The translations under genes and the position numbers were made by a program. From the IMG/VR virus record IMGVR_UViG_2921119228_000004, positions 13,876 through 77,875 of that record: a DNA stretch of 64,000 nucleotides; one strand, 5' to 3'. The number at the start of each line of letters is the position of its first letter. The first letter of the stretch is position 1. Under the pieces are notes generated by a model. The model had not been told where the DNA came from. It worked only from the letters and a program-made list of their open reading frames with translations, and did no database searches. Shown in pieces: positions 18,071 to 28,352 of this stretch. The DNA is from a virus (Duplodnaviria > Caudoviricetes).

Positions 18071-19091
18071 ATACTTGCTTTTTAATTATTGTTTTTAATA
18101 GATGCTTAGAATTACTGTATTTAACCCAGCCAAACCAACTGCAAATAACTTGCTTGTATTCCATATCGGAAATGTGCTTTTTCTTATTCAGCTTGGCTGC
18201 CTTCCTACATAGGTTCTTTTTGATTCCCTTCCGAATAAGGGTATGGGTATGGTAAAAGACATACCCGACAAAATCAATACCTCTATGGCTATCAATTTTG
18301 AATACTTGAAACTTCCATTTCTTTTTTCCAGTTTTAGGATCCACTTTACGAAGTGATAGCTTTAAATTGTCATGCAGATATTCTTCAATCTCTATACGGA
18401 GTTTGTGAAGCTGTTTAGGATCATCGCCTAAAATCACAATATCATCTGCATACCTAAAGTAATATCTTACCTTCTTAACCTCCTTTATCCAGTGATCGAA
18501 GTAAGCCAGATAAATATTAGCAAAATACTGACTTAGATAGTTCCCTATGGGTACGCCATCGGCACTGTCTATAATCACGTCAAGCAACCAAAGCAGATCT
18601 TTATCTTTGATTTTCTTCCGTAATATTGTTTTCAAAATATCATGGTCTATACTTGGATAGAACTTCACTATATCCATTTTCAAGCAGTAAGTAGTGTGTT
18701 CTGGATCTTCTTTCAAAGCCTTCTTTACTTTATCTGCTGCTTTATGAATACCACGATCCTTAATGCAAGAATAGGTATCTTCTGTAAATAAGGACACCCA
18801 TATAGGCTCCAGAATATTCATAATGGCATGGTGCAAGATTCTATCAGGATAATAAGGCAAACGGTAAATAAGCCGTTCTTTGGGATCTCTGATTATAAAT
18901 ACTTCATATTTAGAATTTACAAAAGTCTTGTTTTTCAAAGATTCGTGAAGAGCCAGTATGTTTGCTTCCCTATTCCTATCGTGTCGTTTGACACCATAAG
19001 AACGCAACTTGCCTTTTCTGGCTTTTTCATCAGCCAGGCGCAAGTTGTCAAGTGAAATAATTTGCTCGTATAAATTACTTAATCTCTTCAT
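18051..19091 (-). CDS. DGR reverse transcriptase
   Basis: PKERLI, PDRILHHA, LKMDIVKFYPSI, GVPIGNYLSQYFAN, RYADD, GIDFVGY; adjacent TR/VR pair. Confidence 0.97.
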   Translation of the reverse strand: MKRLSNLYEQIISLDNLRLADEKARKGKLRSYGVKRHDRNREANILALHESLKNKTFVNSKYEVFIIRDPKERLIYRLPYYPDRILHHAIMNILEPIWVSLFTEDTYSCIKDRGIHKAADKVKKALKEDPEHTTYCLKMDIVKFYPSIDHDILKTILRKKIKDKDLLWLLDVIIDSADGVPIGNYLSQYFANIYLAYFDHWIKEVKKVRYYFRYADDIVILGDDPKQLHKLRIEIEEYLHDNLKLSLRKVDPKTGKKKWKFQVFKIDSHRGIDFVGYVFYHTHTLIRKGIKKNLCRKAAKLNKKKHISDMEYKQVICSWFGWVKYSNSKHLLKTIIKKQVYDTLRF

Positions 19092-19205
19092 ATTCTTTGT
19101 TTTTCGTACTCAGAGCCTTCGGTTTCCCAACCAGCACCTTTATGAGTTATGTTATCTTCTACCAATAGGTAAGGTCGTTGCTTCGTATGTTGAGTTAATT
19201 TTGAA

Positions 19206-19320
19206 AAATCATAGCTGAGAGCTGACATTCGCATTCGTATTCGAGGGGGTGTTATTCGTATTCGCATAACCGAAGCCTGCATGATCGCCATTATTCGTAT
19301 TACCGCTGAAAAGGACACCC
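19206..19320 (-). ncRNA. DGR template repeat (TR)
   Basis: AAT-rich 115-bp copy of the target gene 3' end; differs from VR1 only at adenines; has an in-frame TGA. Confidence 0.95.
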
Positions 19321-19388
19321 ACCAGCAACCAACCTATATTTATTTGTTTATTAATCATTTAAGTCTTGCAGTCTAAACCTGGCTCGCT

Positions 19389-20816
19389 TCACGATTCAGG
19401 AATAAAACAAAGCCGAGAGCCGACATCCGCATCCGTAGACGAGGGGGCGCTACGCGTATGCGCACAACCGAAGCCCGCACGATCGCCATCATACGTAGCA
19501 CCGCCGAAAAGGACACCCCTAAGAGCGTTAGATCCTATATTGGTATAGAAGTAATCACACCAATAGGTAGTAGATCCACCTCCGACTACAGAAGCAATCA
19601 AATCGCCAAATTCACCGAAAATCATTTCTTTTGCATAACCTTCTGCACGTGCAGCCAATCCTCTAAGCGTATAGCCTGTGTAGTTACTATCGTTGTATTT
19701 AGAAGGATCATCGCAAACATACACTTTAGAAGTTCCTCCGTCTGAATTGGTTTTCACTTCTATATTTACTCCATCCGTCCATTTCCAGACGTGCCCGAAG
19801 GGATTTTCAATACCACGATAGCGAGGTACGGTAAATACTTTGCTGTTTTCTCCTTCTGCTTTCTCTAAAGTGTAAGCTACTTCACCAGAAGCATTTCCCA
19901 ATTCATCACTCGTACCGCAAGGAATAATAGGATAATAACCACTAAAATTGTTCCACTTTGTACCATCCCATGTAGTTACACCATTACCCAAACCACCCTG
20001 AGCATACCCGTTGCTATCTTTCTGGGCATTGAAAGCCAACTGGCAGTTAAGGTTTCCATACTCTATGTAATAGAGCCATGCCAAAGTGATATAAGCGTTA
20101 TAGTCCATGCAGTTCCATTGCGTACCAGCCCCCCTTTTACGAGCAGCAGCACGAAAGTTTGTTCTACTCGTAGATGTAGCTGGCTTGCCTAATTGGGATT
20201 TAGGCAAAGCATCCCAATCTGCTTGGTTGTTACCACCTCTGTAATCAGCCGAAGTATTTACTACAGAAGCCAGTTTACCAGTGCTACGTTGGATTGTTGC
20301 CTCATAAGCCGAGATATAGCATTTCTTTACGAAATGATAACCAGGTATCGGGTATTCACTGATTCGTACACCTCTTTTGTTTCCATTGGTATAAAATCTT
20401 CTCCAGTGAGCAGGGATTTCCACCATAACCATACCATTGGAACCATCCCTTTTATGCGCTTTCCAGTTGGTAGGGTTTAGGTATTCAATAACCTTGCCTT
20501 CATCTGATAGCAAACACCCTTTCATCTTGCTTTGAATTGGCAATGTTTTATGCAGTGTCATATTGCCAGTACGGGTAAGAACCGAAGAAGATACTGTTAC
20601 ATCTAATTCTACGCCATAACTACATTGATCCTCTGCATAAGGTAGCATAGCAGCCAGACCAGCTTGTTTGCTTTCTCCGCTTTTATCCAATACCTCAGTT
20701 GTGAGGTCAAAAGGGTTACTGCTGTCTGCTACTGGTAATTCATTTAATCTTTTGCCATTGTCGTAAGCTGTAATAATCTTTTTTACTTTAGCTTCCTCTT
20801 CTGCTGTAAGTGCCAT
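19389..20816 (-). CDS. DGR target 1: tail/adhesin protein with C-terminal C-type-lectin-like variable domain
   Basis: RGIENPFGHVWKW and C-terminal GVLFGG...VGSRLCF containing VR1. Confidence 0.9.
   Translation of the reverse strand: MALTAEEEAKVKKIITAYDNGKRLNELPVADSSNPFDLTTEVLDKSGESKQAGLAAMLPYAEDQCSYGVELDVTVSSSVLTRTGNMTLHKTLPIQSKMKGCLLSDEGKVIEYLNPTNWKAHKRDGSNGMVMVEIPAHWRRFYTNGNKRGVRISEYPIPGYHFVKKCYISAYEATIQRSTGKLASVVNTSADYRGGNNQADWDALPKSQLGKPATSTSRTNFRAAARKRGAGTQWNCMDYNAYITLAWLYYIEYGNLNCQLAFNAQKDSNGYAQGGLGNGVTTWDGTKWNNFSGYYPIIPCGTSDELGNASGEVAYTLEKAEGENSKVFTVPRYRGIENPFGHVWKWTDGVNIEVKTNSDGGTSKVYVCDDPSKYNDSNYTGYTLRGLAARAEGYAKEMIFGEFGDLIASVVGGGSTTYWCDYFYTNIGSNALRGVLFGGATYDGDRAGFGCAHTRSAPSSTDADVGSRLCFIPES
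19404..19518 (-). repeat. DGR variable repeat VR1
   Basis: 21 mismatches to TR in 115 bp, all at TR adenines (manual alignment). Confidence 0.95.
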
Positions 20817-20854
20817 ATTTTTTATAGTGTTAAGAAGTTAAACAATAAAATTTA

Positions 20855-21616
20855 CTAAGTTAATATGATACCACCAGAGCCGGATAAACGCATACCCTTA
20901 CCAGAAGTAAACCTTATTCCTGGCTCCTGTACTTCAATCTGTATAGTTTGATAAATACCCGTATTTTCCGTTGGGATAACGTGAATTTTACTCATTCCTA
21001 CACCGTTAATCATAAATACGCCATCAGGAGTGATAGACACCGCCCGATCATCACCGAGAAACAATACATTCCTACCAGTATCTACGGGAAGTAATTCTAC
21101 CTCAACTTTGAAAGGCTGGGTATTCCTGTAAGTAACTTTTTTCGGGTAGTTTAGCTTCATGGAAGTAGGGATCAGCTTGTATTTTGAGATTAGCGATTCT
21201 TCCAGTTCCTCCAGCCTTGCGATAACTACCCTTGCATCGCCAGTAGCTTCATTTGCATTATCTTTAGCAGTATTGGCTTCTTCCGCCTTTTCGTGAGCTT
21301 CATTAGCTTTTGCGTTGGCATTGTTGGTAGCCTCTACTGCCTTACCTGCTGCGCTATCGGCTGCTGTAGCTTTTTCATTAGCCAGTTTAGCAGCGTCCTC
21401 AGCCTTTTTAGCTGCTGCTGTGGCAGTTGTTCCACGAGCAATACATTTCCACCAGGTAGTTTCGGTTAAAGCGTGTCCTTTGTTCCCGTCCTTGATACAG
21501 AGATAGCAACTATCATCCGTAGTAATGAAATCAAATGTATTATATGTGGTAGCTGATGAATAAGTTCCCTTATCCACGAAAGCAACCTTTCCTAATCTTA
21601 TGTTTCCTTCTGCCAT
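20855..21616 (-). CDS. tail fibre-associated protein (Ala-rich coiled coil, Ig-like C-terminus)
   Basis: AxxAxxxA repeats; tail context. Confidence 0.7.
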   Translation of the reverse strand: MAEGNIRLGKVAFVDKGTYSSATTYNTFDFITTDDSCYLCIKDGNKGHALTETTWWKCIARGTTATAAAKKAEDAAKLANEKATAADSAAGKAVEATNNANAKANEAHEKAEEANTAKDNANEATGDARVVIARLEELEESLISKYKLIPTSMKLNYPKKVTYRNTQPFKVEVELLPVDTGRNVLFLGDDRAVSITPDGVFMINGVGMSKIHVIPTENTGIYQTIQIEVQEPGIRFTSGKGMRLSGSGGIILT

Positions 21617-21617
21617 A

Positions 21618-22355
21618 TCACTTGGGGTTAAAAATTAAAAATCCTTCATTGTCAATATCAAACATATCAGCAGCTATATCATCCTGGTAATACATGATCA
21701 GTTCCATTGTATCGGGATCAATCGTAAAAGTAGGATAGAGAATACCGCCTTTTGCCAAAATCCCGGTATCTACATACTTCTTTTGCGTTTCATCCCATTT
21801 CCACCAGTTGCCATTTTCACCCATTTTCGGGGGATTATCCGCTTGTTCTTTTGCCCTATTTGCCTGAGTATTTGCATTGTTAGCTGCTGTTTCTGCCTTT
21901 TGTGCTTTCTCATTCGCATTAGTAGCTGCTTTATTGGCATTGGCTGTAGCACTTTCAGTTGCACTTTTTATCTCTTCCAATCCTTTTCGTGCATTATCCG
22001 CATTGGTAGCTGCTGTATTCGCTTTTTGAGTAGCCAAGTTTGCGTTGGAAGTAGCAGTTTTAGCCTGTTGGGCAGCCTCATTAGCATTATTGGTAGCCGT
22101 TTTCGCTGCCTCAGTCGCTTTATTTGCGTTTGAGGTTGCAGTGTTGGCACTTGAAGCAGCATTGTTAGCAGACTTGGCAGCTTCATTTGCACTGTTGGTT
22201 GCTTTTACAGCGTTCTCGTATGCCGTTTGAATGTATTCCAAACTTACTTTCACGCTGGTTTGTACCCCATTGATTAATTTAACTCCAATAGTGTACAATC
22301 CTTTCAGGTTATCCGAAAGTGTCAGCTCGCTTATTTTCTTCTTTTTAATAGCCAT
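21618..22355 (-). CDS. tail fibre-associated protein with A/N/T-rich coiled-coil repeats
   Basis: Repeats such as ANTATSNANKATEAA; NGNWWKWD motif. Confidence 0.7.
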   Translation of the reverse strand: MAIKKKKISELTLSDNLKGLYTIGVKLINGVQTSVKVSLEYIQTAYENAVKATNSANEAAKSANNAASSANTATSNANKATEAAKTATNNANEAAQQAKTATSNANLATQKANTAATNADNARKGLEEIKSATESATANANKAATNANEKAQKAETAANNANTQANRAKEQADNPPKMGENGNWWKWDETQKKYVDTGILAKGGILYPTFTIDPDTMELIMYYQDDIAADMFDIDNEGFLIFNPK

Positions 22356-23313
22356 AGCTTTTCAAATCTATATAAAACTCACCATCTTCTGTAACTATCA
22401 ATTCTCCAGCCTCAGAAGCAAGTAAATATTCATCCCCTCCAACTCTAAAGGCAGTAAATACCAACGTTAAGGTAAAAACGCACCAAACTTGATCGTCAGG
22501 GGAAAACAGACTTACTTTTGAGCTTTTGTAGTAACATGGGTATTCCTCGTAAGTGCTTTCAACGAACAAGGATCTTTCAGCCGTTTGTACCTTCACGCCT
22601 TCGCCTTCGTCTATTTCCACAACCTTTATCAGATCGTGAAGGAAAGCATTGTAATTTCTCCAGAACTCCGTTAGATTCTTAGCGATTAAGCAACAATTCA
22701 AGGCAACTTCTTTATGTTGGTACACTACTTGTTTGCCATCATAAATAGCCCCATTTTGGGTAGAAAGGTTACGTAACATATTTTTCTTCACTGCTGGAGC
22801 TTTAAGTATTTGTGCCTCGCTTCCTTCCAATACACGAATACCGTAAACGGAGAAATCTATCCTGTCTATTTCATACCCCTGCGTAGGTATATTGGTTGTC
22901 GATAAAGGAGCCGTATATTTATAATCTCTCAAAGGGAAATCATCTGCGAATTTTAACGAGAAACTTTTAGCACCGATATACAGAGCTACATTTACCTCTG
23001 AAACCAATCGGAGTTTACAAGTATATCCGATTCTTTTAAACTCAAAGGTATGGTAAGCTCCATCGGACAACAGAGAAATGAAATCTCCAGTCTGATACAT
23101 ACCTACTGCGTTGAACTTTATTTCAAGTTCTTTAGTATCAAGTTTAGGATCCGACAAATCCACTTCGATACCGTCATACTCTGCCCAATCATTAGAAACT
23201 TCTGGTGCTTTTAATGCCGGGAAAGCAACAACTTCATTATGCCCACCCTCAGCAATAAAAACCCCGAACCGAGTAAAAGCGTCCGTACCGTCTATGTATA
23301 AGTTATTTTTCAT
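22345..23313 (-). CDS. distal tail (Dit)-like protein
   Basis: Immediately downstream of tape measure; two internally similar halves. Confidence 0.65.
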   Translation of the reverse strand: MKNNLYIDGTDAFTRFGVFIAEGGHNEVVAFPALKAPEVSNDWAEYDGIEVDLSDPKLDTKELEIKFNAVGMYQTGDFISLLSDGAYHTFEFKRIGYTCKLRLVSEVNVALYIGAKSFSLKFADDFPLRDYKYTAPLSTTNIPTQGYEIDRIDFSVYGIRVLEGSEAQILKAPAVKKNMLRNLSTQNGAIYDGKQVVYQHKEVALNCCLIAKNLTEFWRNYNAFLHDLIKVVEIDEGEGVKVQTAERSLFVESTYEEYPCYYKSSKVSLFSPDDQVWCVFTLTLVFTAFRVGGDEYLLASEAGELIVTEDGEFYIDLKSYGY

Positions 23314-26300
23314 TTCCTCATTATTACACCTTTATCGTTCATGTTACCTATGCTTTCTTTCATTTCCTTTATATTGGAATTGATAGATTCCAGATTCTTG
23401 CAATAGCTTGTATTTTCTCTGATACCAGTTAATACCTCAAGAAATTTGGCACAATGGCTAACCAATGATTTAATACCTTCATTTATAGAATAGGTATGCC
23501 CTTGAATTGCAGTTGTTCTTCCGTTCAGCTCGTTTACGCTGTCCTGGCTTGCTGCTATGCCGTTATTGCTGGAAACCTCACGATTCTCTGTTTCCCAAAG
23601 GTGAAAGCCTTGTTTGTTTGCTTCTTCTTTCCAATGCTCCATCCATTGTTGGGCATTATTCATATCCGTACCGATACCTTGATAGAAAGAGGAAACCAAA
23701 TCCCTTGCTTCCTTAGCTATTTCTTCTTCTGTTTTGCCGGATCCATAGATTTTCTCCAAATCCGCTTGTAGTCTTTTGAACTTATCAGAGAAGAATAAAG
23801 AGTAGGCAATCTGTTTACCCAAATCTTCCAATACAGAAGATCCTTTTTCTCCAAACTTTTCCCACGCATCTACACCGTCATTTTCAATAGCCTCAGTGAT
23901 ACTATCCATTATACTATCACCTAAAGAGCCAAAAGTACCCTCTAAGTAATCTCTTAGTGCTTGTTGGGCTTCTTCCGCTTGTTCTTGAAGATCTATAAGG
24001 TTTTGCAACAAATTCCGATTCTCATCGCTCATTGTTTGAGTGTCAAGAATGGCTTGCGCTCTTTCTTTGTTCAGATTTTTTTCACCATCTATTAAATCCG
24101 GGTAAACCTGGAGTACCGAAGTATAAATATCATGCTGCTTTTTCCAAAACCAAGCACCAGTAGTGTAACTTCCCGTTTTTATGGTTATATCATTAAGCGC
24201 ACCTATACCCTGATTGTACGCATTTAATTTTGCATTGTATTCATCAAGCCCCCAGTTCCCTTTAGGGTTAAACTGAAACTGATAAGTTGGTTTATCCCCC
24301 TTTAGGACTTCTTTGTATTCAGCTATCGCATCACGATATACCTCTATTGCATTGATAGCTTTTTCTATTTGATCTGTACCAAAAATAGATGTTGCTTCCT
24401 CCAAAAGTAAATTTTGCTCCATGAGCAATAAGTTGTACTGGCGTTGCATTTCCAGTTTGTTCTCGGCTACTTCTTTAAGTGCCTCTTGGTGTTCCTTTTC
24501 AGCCTTAGAGGACAACCCAAACAATGAAGTGATAAGGGAAACGGCTGTACCGACTATGGAAAGGATAACCGAAGCTCTTTCTACTCCTTTGATAGCTTCT
24601 GCACCAGTAACCGCCAACGCTTGAATACCCGTTATCATAGAAATTATACCTCCTGCGATATTGGTAGCAGCAGACAAAGCAGCTTTGGTTGCATCATCCA
24701 TCCCGTCAAAGTCTGAAATGATATTATTAACAGTATCATCTACCTCATTCATCACCTTTAGGGTATCGCTCCACTTCTTTTTGTTTTTTTCAGCAGATGA
24801 AATGCTTGCGTCTTTTGCCTCAGCAACCTCTACTTTTTTCTCCAGGGTTTTAATTTGCGCACGAAGAGTAGCTTTTTCTTTATCATCCAGCTTGCCACCT
24901 TCTTTTTTCAGCGTGTCTTGGGCTGTTTGTAAAGCCTCCTTTAGCTGTCTTAACCCCATAGAGGATATTTGTTCTACCCATACATTAAAAGTCGCTTCAC
25001 GAGTAGCTATCTCTTGATCTAAAGCGTCCAAAGCATCTTGTTTATCACTTTCAGCCTGAGCGATATTTTCTTCGGAGAAAGTAACTTGCCTTCCGGCTTT
25101 TTTATCTTTCTCATTAACAGCTCGCATTTCGTCAATATCTTGCTGAAAATTTTCCTCTATCTCCTTGCGCTTTTCCGCATAGGTCTGATACTGCTTTAGC
25201 ATTTCTTCTATTGCAGTCTGATTGCCAGTAGACAATTTCTTTCCAGCAGCATTTTCAAGAGCTTTAAATTGTTGCTCATCCTGCTCTGATAATTGGGTGG
25301 TAGTTGGCTTAAACGTACCTTTTTTGCCCTGAGATTCCCATATAGTTTTTTCCCACTCTTGAATTTTGGTTAGCTTATCCTCCTTTTGACGTTTGATCTG
25401 CTCCATTTCCTGCTCATAGTTGAGCTGGTTTTGTTTCAATGTTTTAGAAAGTCCTTCCTTATAGGTGTTGATCTCAGCTTGCCTTACAGCAAATTCCATA
25501 TCCTTTTTAATACGGATCTGCTCTTGTGCATTACGTTTTATCTCATCGGAATAATCCTTTTGAGAAGAGGACGTTTTTCTATCTGGTAACTTTTTACTCA
25601 GTGAATCTATACGTCTTTGATAGTCGTTGTATTCAGCACTACCCTTAACGGTTTCTTTCTGCTCCTGTTTCAGCTTAGAAATACGGCTCTCTACTTGGCT
25701 AATAATTTGCAGCTCGTTTTCACGTTCAAGAACGGTAGCCTTTAATTTAGCTATATAGCTTTCCTGCCCTTTTACAACAGCATCGGTTACTACTTTGCCA
25801 TCAGACATTAAGCCGTTGTTCTCTTTGAGAGCCTTTTTGAAAGCCTCCAGTTTTTCTTGACCTTTAGTAATGGCTGCTTCTATCTCAGAAATGGATTTAC
25901 CTTTGGTATAAAATACCTCTTCCTGATTACCCGTTTTCTGATTTTGGTTAGGATTCTCCCCGAAGCGTTTTTGAGCCTCTTTTATGATATTATTATAAAT
26001 GCCACGAGCTTTGAATACTTTGGTTATTTCATCTTGCAAGTCATTAGCTATGTAGGTTTGCGCACCTATACCAGTCATGGGATCGCCAGGCAAGTATTTG
26101 GTTTCGTCAAACTGCTTTATAATATCCTGGATTTCTTTAGTAATTTCCCCCTTACCTTCCAGCACTGGCTTAATCTTCCAGTAATAAGTTTCCGCAAGGT
26201 CGATACCGTCTTTATCCTTCTTTCCCTTGAACTTATCTTTTAGTAGCTCTTCTACAGTTTCTTTGGCTTCTACCTCCTTATCCATGTAGTCATTAGAAGC

Positions 26301-28148
26301 CTCATTAACCGCTTTATCCATAGCTCTTGCACGAGCTGATTTTTCGGCTTCTTGCGTAATGATACGATAAGCCTTAGCCAGATCATCCAAAGCGTTCTTT
26401 TCATCCCCCAGCCCCTTCAAATACTCACCGTATTTGCTCATTATGGCTTCCTTTGCAGAACGGTATTCATCCGTACCTTCTTTGGCTGCTTTCAAACGTG
26501 CAAACATCGCATCAATTTGCAATCTTTCAGCTCCAATAACCTTTTCACTCTCAGATATGGCGTTATTTAGTTTTTCTTGCGCCTTTTCTGCGTCAGTCTG
26601 ATAAGTGATAAGTTTATAAATACCATAACCGAGAGCTGCTATGGCTGCTGCTGCCAAAGTATAAGGATTTGCCAGCATAACGGCTTTCAACCTGGTAGCT
26701 ACAGCCGTAAGCCTGAGCTTTGCAGTTGCCAACAAGTTTGTTGTAGTTACATTGGCTGCTTGTGCTGCTGTGTTGGCTGCTGTCTGAGTGGTATTCAATG
26801 TTTTAGCAGCCGTTTCTACCGCTACTTTCTTGGTGCTAAAATCACGTGTGGCTGCTTGGTATTGTAAGGCTGCTGTTTCTCTGGCTGTTTCGGCTGCGAC
26901 TAATTTTCTTTCTGCTGCTTCTACTTGTTTTGCGGAGCCAGTAGCACCGATAGACATAAGTTCTGCTAATCTTTGCTTCTCCAACTCTTTAGCAGCAAGG
27001 TATTCGGTTCTCTTGGCTGCTACGGCTTGGCTGGCTGCTGAAACCTCTGTACGAGCTTTAGCTAAAGCTGCGGTTTGAGCCTCTATATTTGCTGCCATTT
27101 CAGCTTTTACGGCAGTTGCATACTCTAACGTGCCTTTGGTTAAATTCTGCTTTGAAATGGCTGCTTGCTGCTCTACAGTAAGCAATTTGCTTAGTTCCTC
27201 AGCTTCTCCAGTGGCTTTAATGGTAGTAACGGCATTTTTTGTAGCAGCAACTGAAATTACAGCAGCTTTGTACAAGCCATAAGTAACAATCAATTCTTGT
27301 ATAGTTTCACCGATAGCCTCGTAGTTCTCTATAGCGGAGATACCAGTTTCCAGTATTGAATTGATTGTTCCCTCGTTAGCTTTCCCTACTTCGTTAAGCA
27401 TTACAGAAATAGCATCGCTCATGTTGGAGATCTTACCCGTAATAGTCTTACTTTGCTCTTCCATCAGGTTGTAGAACATACCGCCAGAATTTGTAAGGTT
27501 TTCTATAACCTTCTGAACTTCGGGGAATCCTACCTTTCCTTCGGAAACCAAAGCCTTAACTTCATTTTCAGCTACACCCAACTCTTTAGCCAATTCACGA
27601 ATCATCGGAATACCTCTACCCGTAAATTGGTTAAGATCCTCAGCGTATAATCTGCCTTGTGTCATGGTTGTACCGTATAACCAGGCTATATCTTGTAATG
27701 GAATAGATAAGCCAGCAGCGATATTTCCTAACCGTACCAAAGTGTCATTCACTTTGTCAGCAGCTATACCATAAGCAAGTAATTGTTTTGCGCTACTTGA
27801 CACACCAACGAGATCAAACGGAGTTTTAGCAGCAGTATTAACAAGCTGTGTCATTAAAGCATCAGCTTTAGCCTTACTGCCCAACATGGTATTGAAGGCA
27901 ACCTCTAATTGTTGGTATTCACCTCTTACCTGAGCTATCTTTTGAGCATATCCCAACGCTTGTTGAGCCGTGAAAAATCCAGTTGCAGCAACCGTTATTT
28001 TACGGAAAATATTGTCTATCCTGCTGCCTTCCTTTTCGGCTGTGTTGCCTATGCTTCGGAAAAGAGAGTTAGATTTCGCCACATCGCTTTCAAATTTGGC
28101 GTTATCCAATCCTAAAGCCCACCATGTTGTACCTTCGTTGTTATTCAT
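23310..28148 (-). CDS. tail tape measure protein
   Basis: 1612 aa helical protein with tape-measure N-domain (AAKTPFDL..LLAYG..GRGIP). Confidence 0.95.
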   Translation of the reverse strand: MNNNEGTTWWALGLDNAKFESDVAKSNSLFRSIGNTAEKEGSRIDNIFRKITVAATGFFTAQQALGYAQKIAQVRGEYQQLEVAFNTMLGSKAKADALMTQLVNTAAKTPFDLVGVSSSAKQLLAYGIAADKVNDTLVRLGNIAAGLSIPLQDIAWLYGTTMTQGRLYAEDLNQFTGRGIPMIRELAKELGVAENEVKALVSEGKVGFPEVQKVIENLTNSGGMFYNLMEEQSKTITGKISNMSDAISVMLNEVGKANEGTINSILETGISAIENYEAIGETIQELIVTYGLYKAAVISVAATKNAVTTIKATGEAEELSKLLTVEQQAAISKQNLTKGTLEYATAVKAEMAANIEAQTAALAKARTEVSAASQAVAAKRTEYLAAKELEKQRLAELMSIGATGSAKQVEAAERKLVAAETARETAALQYQAATRDFSTKKVAVETAAKTLNTTQTAANTAAQAANVTTTNLLATAKLRLTAVATRLKAVMLANPYTLAAAAIAALGYGIYKLITYQTDAEKAQEKLNNAISESEKVIGAERLQIDAMFARLKAAKEGTDEYRSAKEAIMSKYGEYLKGLGDEKNALDDLAKAYRIITQEAEKSARARAMDKAVNEASNDYMDKEVEAKETVEELLKDKFKGKKDKDGIDLAETYYWKIKPVLEGKGEITKEIQDIIKQFDETKYLPGDPMTGIGAQTYIANDLQDEITKVFKARGIYNNIIKEAQKRFGENPNQNQKTGNQEEVFYTKGKSISEIEAAITKGQEKLEAFKKALKENNGLMSDGKVVTDAVVKGQESYIAKLKATVLERENELQIISQVESRISKLKQEQKETVKGSAEYNDYQRRIDSLSKKLPDRKTSSSQKDYSDEIKRNAQEQIRIKKDMEFAVRQAEINTYKEGLSKTLKQNQLNYEQEMEQIKRQKEDKLTKIQEWEKTIWESQGKKGTFKPTTTQLSEQDEQQFKALENAAGKKLSTGNQTAIEEMLKQYQTYAEKRKEIEENFQQDIDEMRAVNEKDKKAGRQVTFSEENIAQAESDKQDALDALDQEIATREATFNVWVEQISSMGLRQLKEALQTAQDTLKKEGGKLDDKEKATLRAQIKTLEKKVEVAEAKDASISSAEKNKKKWSDTLKVMNEVDDTVNNIISDFDGMDDATKAALSAATNIAGGIISMITGIQALAVTGAEAIKGVERASVILSIVGTAVSLITSLFGLSSKAEKEHQEALKEVAENKLEMQRQYNLLLMEQNLLLEEATSIFGTDQIEKAINAIEVYRDAIAEYKEVLKGDKPTYQFQFNPKGNWGLDEYNAKLNAYNQGIGALNDITIKTGSYTTGAWFWKKQHDIYTSVLQVYPDLIDGEKNLNKERAQAILDTQTMSDENRNLLQNLIDLQEQAEEAQQALRDYLEGTFGSLGDSIMDSITEAIENDGVDAWEKFGEKGSSVLEDLGKQIAYSLFFSDKFKRLQADLEKIYGSGKTEEEIAKEARDLVSSFYQGIGTDMNNAQQWMEHWKEEANKQGFHLWETENREVSSNNGIAASQDSVNELNGRTTAIQGHTYSINEGIKSLVSHCAKFLEVLTGIRENTSYCKNLESINSNIKEMKESIGNMNDKGVIMRK

Positions 28149-28344
28149 CTTCGTTTACGTCAAATATTGCGTTATTTACTGCATCCTGATTATTAGGATC
28201 ATCACCATTTAGAATAATGCCAGTATCTTTTTTACCATCCTTCTTTGCTGAGAAAGAAGGCAGAACCGCATTATACAGACGAACATTCGCAAAACTCATT
28301 TTATATAGGATATAATCAAAAGTCAGATTATAAGCCTTTGCCAT
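28141..28344 (-). CDS. tail assembly chaperone second part (probable -1 frameshift extension)
   Basis: The -1 frame is open across the end of the upstream chaperone gene. Confidence 0.6.
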   Translation of the reverse strand: MAKAYNLTFDYILYKMSFANVRLYNAVLPSFSAKKDGKKDTGIILNGDDPNNQDAVNNAIFDVNEDE

Positions 28345-28352
28345 TCCTGCTA

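Noticed and set aside
19088-19318. 76-aa ORF upstream of the RT as an Avd or other protein gene
   Set aside because: It is an alternative-frame read of the template repeat (RIRM/RIT periodicity from AAT repeats) with no Avd-like features.
19340-19400. DGR hairpin/cruciform downstream of VR1
   Set aside because: Only a weak 4-bp stem (TCGT-GAA-GCGA) with no counterpart at VR2; not supportable.
20855-22355. Further DGR targets among the neighbouring tail fibre genes
   Set aside because: No TR-like segment was seen by eye; their repeats are Ala/Asn/Thr coiled-coil codons.
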